From a virus (lineage: Duplodnaviria; Heunggongvirae; Uroviricota; Caudoviricetes): a stretch of 31,289 nucleotides of DNA. Numbering within the stretch: the stretch's first letter is position 1; each line of letters begins with the position of its first letter. Below, one piece after another: positions 26,023-31,289 of this stretch. The stretch lies in the IMG/VR virus record IMGVR_UViG_2734482594_000020. The stretch is one strand, 5' to 3'. The translations under genes and the position numbers were made by a program. The notes under the pieces were generated by a model that was given only the letters and a program-made list of their open reading frames with translations, ran no database searches and had not been told where the DNA came from.

Positions 26023-26766
26023 ATGACCACACCAAATCCACTGGCAAAAACGAAAGGTGCGGGAACGACGTTCTGGATGTACACCGGCAAGGGCGATGCG
26101 TTTGCGAACCCTTTGTCGGACACTGACTGGCTGCGTCTTGCGATGGTGAAGGATCTGCAACCTGGCGAAATGACCGCTGATGCAGAAGATGACACTTATC
26201 TCGATGATGAAGATGCAGACTGGAAAACGACAACCCAGGGGCAGAAATCCGTTGGTGATACTTCGGCGACGCTGGCCTGGCGTCCGGGTGACAGCGGGCA
26301 GAAAAAACTGGTTCAGTTGTTCGACTCCGGTGAAGTCTGCGCGTTTCGTATCAAATATCCCAACGGTACTGTTGATGTTTTCCGTGGCTGGCTGAGTTCA
26401 CTGGGTAAAACCATTGCCTCAAAAGACGTGATGACCCGCACCGTGAAAATCAGCGGTGTGGGGCGTCCGTATCTGGCAGAGGAAGGCACTGAAACCGTGG
26501 GCGTTACCGGGCTGACGGTGGCACCGGCATCTGCCAGTGTCAATGTGGGAGCAACCACCACGCTGACCTTTACAGTAAAACCTGACGGAGCCAGTGACAA
26601 AGCGATCAGTGTGCATTCGACAGATCCACAGACTGCCACGGTGACCCTGAACGGGCTTGTGGCCACGGTGAAAGGCGTGAAGCAGGGCAGTGTCAGCATT
26701 GTGGGCATGACTTCTGACGGCGATTTTGTGGCAGTGGCTACGGTGGCTGTCAGCGCCGCAGGTTAA
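26023..26766 (+). CDS. V: major tail protein V with C-terminal Ig-like domain
   Basis: Strong similarity to lambda gpV ('KGAGTT.W.Y.G.GD..ANPLSD.DW', 'PNGTVDVFRGW'); RBS AAGGAGGTG. Confidence 0.9.
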   Translation: MTTPNPLAKTKGAGTTFWMYTGKGDAFANPLSDTDWLRLAMVKDLQPGEMTADAEDDTYLDDEDADWKTTTQGQKSVGDTSATLAWRPGDSGQKKLVQLFDSGEVCAFRIKYPNGTVDVFRGWLSSLGKTIASKDVMTRTVKISGVGRPYLAEEGTETVGVTGLTVAPASASVNVGATTTLTFTVKPDGASDKAISVHSTDPQTATVTLNGLVATVKGVKQGSVSIVGMTSDGDFVAVATVAVSAAG

Positions 26767-26786
26767 CAGGACGATACTCATCATTT

Positions 26787-26810
26787 GCCCCGGTTATCCG
26801 GGGCTTTTTT
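26787..26810 (+). terminator. rho-independent terminator after the major tail gene
   Basis: GCCCCGG-ttat-CCGGGGC followed by TTTTTT. Confidence 0.65.
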
Positions 26811-26826
26811 GCAGGTGGAGAACATG

Positions 26827-27213
26827 ATGTTTCTGAAACAGGGCACGTTTAATTATGAAAAACAGTCCGTGGTGCTCAGTGAGCTGTCCGGGCTGCAGAG
26901 AATTGAATATCTGGCGTTTGTTCAGCAGCGAACGGCAAAGTTTGATGCCGGGGAGGGAGAACTGCCGGAGGCTGAACGACAGATTGCTTTTCTGCGGATG
27001 GGGATGGATATCAATGCCTGGCTGGTTTCCCGCTCACTGTGGAATGCGGATCAGTCTAAGGATGTAGAGACGCTTTGCGCATCCGTTATTACAACATGGT
27101 CGTATGATGCCCTGGGTGCGGGGGCGGAGATGGTTCTGTCGCTGAGCGGTATGGGGGCCATTGATAATGCCGGGGATGATGAGCATGAGGCGCTGACGCC
27201 GGAAAAGTCCTGA
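26827..27213 (+). CDS. G: tail assembly chaperone G
   Basis: 'MFLKQG...VVLSELSGLQRIEYLA' parallels lambda gpG. Confidence 0.85.
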   Translation: MFLKQGTFNYEKQSVVLSELSGLQRIEYLAFVQQRTAKFDAGEGELPEAERQIAFLRMGMDINAWLVSRSLWNADQSKDVETLCASVITTWSYDALGAGAEMVLSLSGMGAIDNAGDDEHEALTPEKS

Positions 27214-27551
27214 CGCGGGAAATGCAGTTTGTCATGCGGCTTGCCCGGGAGTTCCGGCGGGCAGACTGGCGGCGGATGCTGTCGGAAATGTCGGCCACTG
27301 AGCTTGGTGAGTGGGGCGATTATTTCCGGATGCAGAGCTTCAGTGATGTGTGGATGGATGCGCAGTTTGCCTCGCTGAAGGCATTGATCGTGAGAATGGT
27401 GTCCGGCAGCAGTGATGCTGCGGTGGCTGATTTCAGCCTTTTACCGGAAGAGAACGGGATACCGGAGCGAACGGACGAAGAACTGATGCATCTTGGAGAA
27501 GGTATTTCCGGAGGTGTGCGTTATGGACCAGATAGCCAACCTGGTCATTGA
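27189..27551 (+). CDS. T: T-frame segment of the G-T tail assembly chaperone, reached by a -1 frameshift near 27201-27207
   Basis: -1 frame open from 27189 to 27551 overlapping the end of G; heptamer GGAAAAG at the position of lambda's GGGAAAG slip site. Confidence 0.6.
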   Translation, partial: GADAGKVLTREMQFVMRLAREFRRADWRRMLSEMSATELGEWGDYFRMQSFSDVWMDAQFASLKALIVRMVSGSSDAAVADFSLLPEENGIPERTDEELMHLGEGISGGVRYGPDSQPGH

Positions 27552-30500
27552 TTTGGGGATTGATGCGGCAGAGTTTAAAAATGAAATTCCCCGTATCAAA
27601 AACCTTCTGAATGGTGCCGCCAGCGATGCAGAACGGTCTTCTGCCCGTATGCAGCGTTTTATGGAGCGTCAGACTCAGGCCGCCCGGCAGACAACGCAGG
27701 CGGCTTCTTCGGCTGCAACAGCCGCCTCCGTCCATGCGCAGACGGTGGAGAAGAACGCACAGGCTCATGAACGCATGGCCCGCGAGGTGGAGAAAACCCG
27801 CCAGCGCATGGAGGCGCTGAGCCAGAAAATGCGCGATGAACAGGCGCAGGCCATGGCTCTGGCGGAGGCTCAGGATAAAGCGGCTGCTGCGTTTTATCGT
27901 CAGATTGACAGTGTGAAACAGGCCAGTGCGGGGCTGCAGGAATTACAGCGTATTCAGCAGCAGATCCGACAGGCCAGAAACAGTGGCGGGATTGGTCAGC
28001 AGGATTATCTGGCGCTGATTTCTGAGGTTACGGCGAAAACCCGTGTTCTTACACAGGCTGAGGAAGAGGCTACCCGACAGAAAGTGGCGTTTATCCGTCA
28101 GCTTAAAGAGCAGGCAACCCGCCAGAATCTTTCTTCTTCTGAGTTGCTTCGTGCTAAGGCTGCCCAGCTGGGGGTAAGCAGTGCTGCAGAAGTGTATATC
28201 CGCAAAATGGAGCAGGCAGGAAAAGCCACGCATTCGCTGGGTCTGAAAAGTGCAGCGGCCCGCCAGGAGATCGGCGTTCTGATAGGTGAACTGGCTCGCG
28301 GCAATTTAGGTGCGCTGAGGGGATCCGGGATAACTCTGGCTAACCGTGCCGGATGGATAGACACACTGATGTCACCGAAAGGCATGATGCTGGGCGGGGT
28401 TATTGGCGGTATTGCCGCGGCCGTCTATGGTCTGGGTAAAGCCTGGTATGACGGTCAGAAGGAGGGGGAAGAATTTAACCGCCAGTTGTCGCTGACGGGG
28501 CATTATGCCGGAGTCACTGCCGGGCAGCTGTGGACGCTTAGTCGTGCTATTTCCGGGAATGGTATCACGCAACATGCTGCAGCCGGTGCGCTGGCTCAGG
28601 TGGTGGGGAGTGGTGCATTTCGTGGAAACGATATCGGTATGGTGGCGAGAGCTGCCGCACAGATGGAGCGATCGGTTGGCCAGTCGGTCAGCGATACCAT
28701 AAATCAGTTTAAGCGGCTGAAGGATGATCCTGTAAATGCCGCGAAGGCTCTGGACAATGAGCTGCATTTTCTTACTGCCACTCAGCTTGAGCAGATACGT
28801 GTCCTTGGGGATCAGGGACGGTCCAGTGATGCTGCACGGATAGCCATGTCTGCACTGGCAGAGGAAACCGGTCGGCGTACTGCGGATATTGATAATAACC
28901 TCAATGCGCTTGGCAGTACGCTGAAGTATCTGTCTGATTTGTGGAGTCGTTTCTGGGATGCGGCCATGAATATTGGTCGTGAAGACTCGCTGGATGAACA
29001 GATTGCCGCTTTACAGGAGAAAGTGTCGCGGGCGAAAAGACTCCCCTGGACGGCATCATCTTCTCAGGTTGAATACGATCAGCAGCGTCTTAACGATCTT
29101 CAGGAGAAAAAACGCCAGAAGGATTTGCAGGATGCAAAAGAGCAGGCAGAGCGGAATTATCAGGAGCAACAGAAACGACGTAATGCTGAAAATGCTGCAC
29201 TGAACCGGATGAATGAAACGGAAGCAGCACGACATCAGCGTGAAATTGCGCGTATTAATGCCATGCAGTACGCCGACCAGGCTGTCAGGGATGCGGCGAT
29301 ACAACGTGAAAATGAACGTTACGAGAAAGCCCTGGCATCCGGTAAGAAAAAAACACGCGAAACCCGTAATGATGAGGCCACCCGGTTATTGCTGCAGTAC
29401 AGTCAGCAACAGGCACAGGTGGAAGGGCAGATTGCTGCTGCAAGACAGTCAGCAGGCATTGCCACTGAAAAGATGACAGAAGCGCATAAACAGCTTCTGG
29501 CTCTGCAGCAGCGCATCAGCGACCTGGACGGGAAAAAACTGACGGCAGATGAAAAGAGTGTGCTGGCCCGTAAAGATGAACTGATTCAGGCACTGACGCT
29601 GCTGGATGTAAAACAGCAGGAGCTTCAGAAACAGACGGCACTCAACGAGCTGAAGAAAAAAACAATTCAGCTGACCAGTCAACTGGCTGAAGAAGAGCGC
29701 GCTCAGCGTCAGCAACATGACCTGGATATCGCCACGGTGGGTATGGGTGATCAGCAGAGGCAGCGATATCAGGTACAACTGAGTCTTCGCCAGAAATACC
29801 AGCAACAGCTGGAGCAGTTGAGGCGGGATAGTGAGCAGAAAGGGACATATAACACGGATGACTACAGAAAGGCCGAGCAGGCGCTGACGGAGAGCCTGAA
29901 CCGACAACTGAATGAGAATCGCCGTTATTGGCAACAGCTTGAAATTGCTCAGGGTGACTGGAAAAACGGAGTCCTGCGTGCACTCCAGAATGTCACTGAG
30001 AAAGCAGATAACACAGCCGGGACAGTGGAACAGTTGTTCACGTCTGCGTTCAGTAGCATGAGTGACTGGCTGGCGACATTCTGTACTACAGGCAAACTCA
30101 ATTTCAAATCCTTCACCTCTTCTGTGCTGTCAGATATGTCCAGAATCATGGCTCAGATAGCTTTAATGAAAGCGGTAAAAGGCATTGCTTCCGCGCTGCC
30201 TTTTGATTTTGTAGCCAATGCTGATGGCGGTGTTTATCAGTCGGCTGATTTGAGCCGCTACAGTGGCACGGTGGTTAACCGTCCGACGTTTTTTGCTTTT
30301 GCAAAAGGCGCGGGTGTGATGGGGGAAGCTGGACCTGAAGCCATTCTGCCACTGCGTCGTGGTGCTGACGGTAAGCTGGGGGTTGTAGCGGATATTGGTG
30401 GTTCAGGTATGGCGATGTTTGCCCCGCAGTACAACATCGAGATCAATAACGATGGCACGAACGGGCAGATAGGTCCGGCTGCCCTGAAGGTGGTTTATGA

Positions 30501-30579
30501 CCTTGGGAAAAAAGCGGCAGCGGACTTTATGCAACAGCAGGCCCGTGATGGTGGTCGGTTAAGTGGAGCATATCGGTAA
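27523..30579 (+). CDS. H: tail tape measure protein (lambda gpH-like)
   Basis: About 1018 aa, Ala/Gln-rich coiled-coil composition; follows G/T; GGAGG 8 nt before the ATG at 27523. Confidence 0.9.
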   Translation: MDQIANLVIDLGIDAAEFKNEIPRIKNLLNGAASDAERSSARMQRFMERQTQAARQTTQAASSAATAASVHAQTVEKNAQAHERMAREVEKTRQRMEALSQKMRDEQAQAMALAEAQDKAAAAFYRQIDSVKQASAGLQELQRIQQQIRQARNSGGIGQQDYLALISEVTAKTRVLTQAEEEATRQKVAFIRQLKEQATRQNLSSSELLRAKAAQLGVSSAAEVYIRKMEQAGKATHSLGLKSAAARQEIGVLIGELARGNLGALRGSGITLANRAGWIDTLMSPKGMMLGGVIGGIAAAVYGLGKAWYDGQKEGEEFNRQLSLTGHYAGVTAGQLWTLSRAISGNGITQHAAAGALAQVVGSGAFRGNDIGMVARAAAQMERSVGQSVSDTINQFKRLKDDPVNAAKALDNELHFLTATQLEQIRVLGDQGRSSDAARIAMSALAEETGRRTADIDNNLNALGSTLKYLSDLWSRFWDAAMNIGREDSLDEQIAALQEKVSRAKRLPWTASSSQVEYDQQRLNDLQEKKRQKDLQDAKEQAERNYQEQQKRRNAENAALNRMNETEAARHQREIARINAMQYADQAVRDAAIQRENERYEKALASGKKKTRETRNDEATRLLLQYSQQQAQVEGQIAAARQSAGIATEKMTEAHKQLLALQQRISDLDGKKLTADEKSVLARKDELIQALTLLDVKQQELQKQTALNELKKKTIQLTSQLAEEERAQRQQHDLDIATVGMGDQQRQRYQVQLSLRQKYQQQLEQLRRDSEQKGTYNTDDYRKAEQALTESLNRQLNENRRYWQQLEIAQGDWKNGVLRALQNVTEKADNTAGTVEQLFTSAFSSMSDWLATFCTTGKLNFKSFTSSVLSDMSRIMAQIALMKAVKGIASALPFDFVANADGGVYQSADLSRYSGTVVNRPTFFAFAKGAGVMGEAGPEAILPLRRGADGKLGVVADIGGSGMAMFAPQYNIEINNDGTNGQIGPAALKVVYDLGKKAAADFMQQQARDGGRLSGAYR

Positions 30580-30908
30580 TGGAGACGTTTCACTGGAAAG
30601 TGCGCCCGGATATGAATGTGGTATCAGAGCCGAAAGTGGTGACAGTGAAGCTGGGCGATGGTTATGAACAGCGTCGTGCGGCGGGACTGAATAACCAGTT
30701 GTCGACTTACAGCGTGACGATACGTGTTCGTAAATGTGAACACCCATCTTTAAAAGCCTTTCTGGAACGGCACGGTGGCGTCCGCGCATTTCAGTGGACG
30801 CCACCTTATGACTGGAAACCGATTAGGGTGGTTTGTCGTAAATGGTCGGCAAGCGTGGGGGCGCTGTGGGTAACCATAACGGCAGATTTTGAACAGGTCG
30901 TGGCATAG
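30579..30908 (+). CDS. M: minor tail protein M
   Basis: Strong similarity to lambda gpM ('F.WKV.P.M.V.S.P.V..V..GDGY.QR', 'FQWTPPYDW'); TAATG coupling. Confidence 0.9.
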   Translation: METFHWKVRPDMNVVSEPKVVTVKLGDGYEQRRAAGLNNQLSTYSVTIRVRKCEHPSLKAFLERHGGVRAFQWTPPYDWKPIRVVCRKWSASVGALWVTITADFEQVVA

Positions 30909-30917
30909 GAGGCTCTG

Positions 30918-31289
30918 GTGCAGGATATTCCACAGGAAACACATCATGAGACGACACTCCTCACTCAGTCAGCCCAGGTGGTGCTCTGGGAAATCGATCT
31001 GACAGAGGTCGGTGGTGAACGTTATTTTTTCTGTAATGAGCAGAACGAAAAAGGTGAGCCGGTTACCTGGCAGGGGCGGCAGTATCAGGCATACCCCATT
31101 CAGGGGACGGGATTTGAACTGAACGGCAAGGGCAGTGCTGCCCGTCCGACACTGACGGTTTCTAACCTGCACGGCATGGTCACGGGGATGGCGGAAGACC
31201 TGCAGAGTCTGGTCGGCGGAACGGTGGTCAGGCGTAAGGTTTACGCCCGTTTTCTGGATGCGGTGAACTTCGTCAACGGAAACAGCGAC
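30918..31289 (+). CDS. L: minor tail protein L, 5' portion (continues past the window end)
   Basis: GTG at 30918 with AGGAGG 5 nt upstream; 'VVLWEIDLTEVGGERYFFCNEQNEKGEPVTWQGRQYQ' is nearly identical to lambda gpL; no stop before the window edge. Confidence 0.9.
   Translation, partial: MQDIPQETHHETTLLTQSAQVVLWEIDLTEVGGERYFFCNEQNEKGEPVTWQGRQYQAYPIQGTGFELNGKGSAARPTLTVSNLHGMVTGMAEDLQSLVGGTVVRRKVYARFLDAVNFVNGNSD

Noticed and set aside
28372-29983. Several antisense ORFs inside the tape measure gene (for example 29449..29934 -, 29642..29983 -)
   Set aside because: Typical spurious antisense frames in a repetitive coiled-coil gene; no start signals.
1-31289. CRISPR arrays, tRNA genes, integrase or transposase
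   Set aside because: No regularly spaced repeat-spacer array, no cloverleaf-like sequence and no tyrosine/serine recombinase or DDE motif seen; the integrase probably lies left of the window.

Overview
The window is one contiguous stretch of a mosaic lambdoid prophage of enterobacterial type (E. coli/Shigella/Salmonella-like codon usage and homologs), called from the sequence and the ORF track alone, with no database searches run. Order, left to right: (i) a visibly AT-richer accessory cassette on the + strand (1..1250) with a Panacea/DUF4065-like gene translationally coupled to an unrecognisable 139-aa ORF; (ii) a minus-strand early-left operon (1250..5294: PrtN-like, DnaQ-like exonuclease, DUF551, HD phosphohydrolase, DUF2303, others) preceded by a roughly 600-nt structured non-coding leader; (iii) the immunity switch (CI-like repressor with S24 peptidase domain at 5997..6689, divergent Cro-like gene at 6787, with TTGCG-N5-WGCAA operator repeats on both sides); (iv) an early-right operon (CII/YdaT-like, Rha-domain protein, iteron-containing replication initiator, PerC-like, Dam-like methyltransferase, LexA DNA-binding-domain-only protein, RusA, KilA-N, DUF968, Q antiterminator); (v) a moron region between Q and lysis (antisense AT-rich lipoprotein, small wHTH-like ORF, second orphan DPPY methyltransferase); (vi) a phage-21-type lysis cassette (pinholin, SAR endolysin, Rz/Rz1) interrupted by a 338-nt run of N; (vii) a candidate cos region and packaging genes; (viii) a Gifsy-2-like head module with a single protease-scaffold-capsid gene; (ix) a lambda-like tail module (FII, Z, U, V, G/T, H, M, start of L) running off the right edge. 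No tRNA, rRNA, CRISPR array or transposase was seen. The best candidate for an undescribed system is the left-end Panacea-domain two-gene cassette; the structured early-left leader, the LexA-domain-only protein and the Q-to-lysis moron block are the next most interesting.
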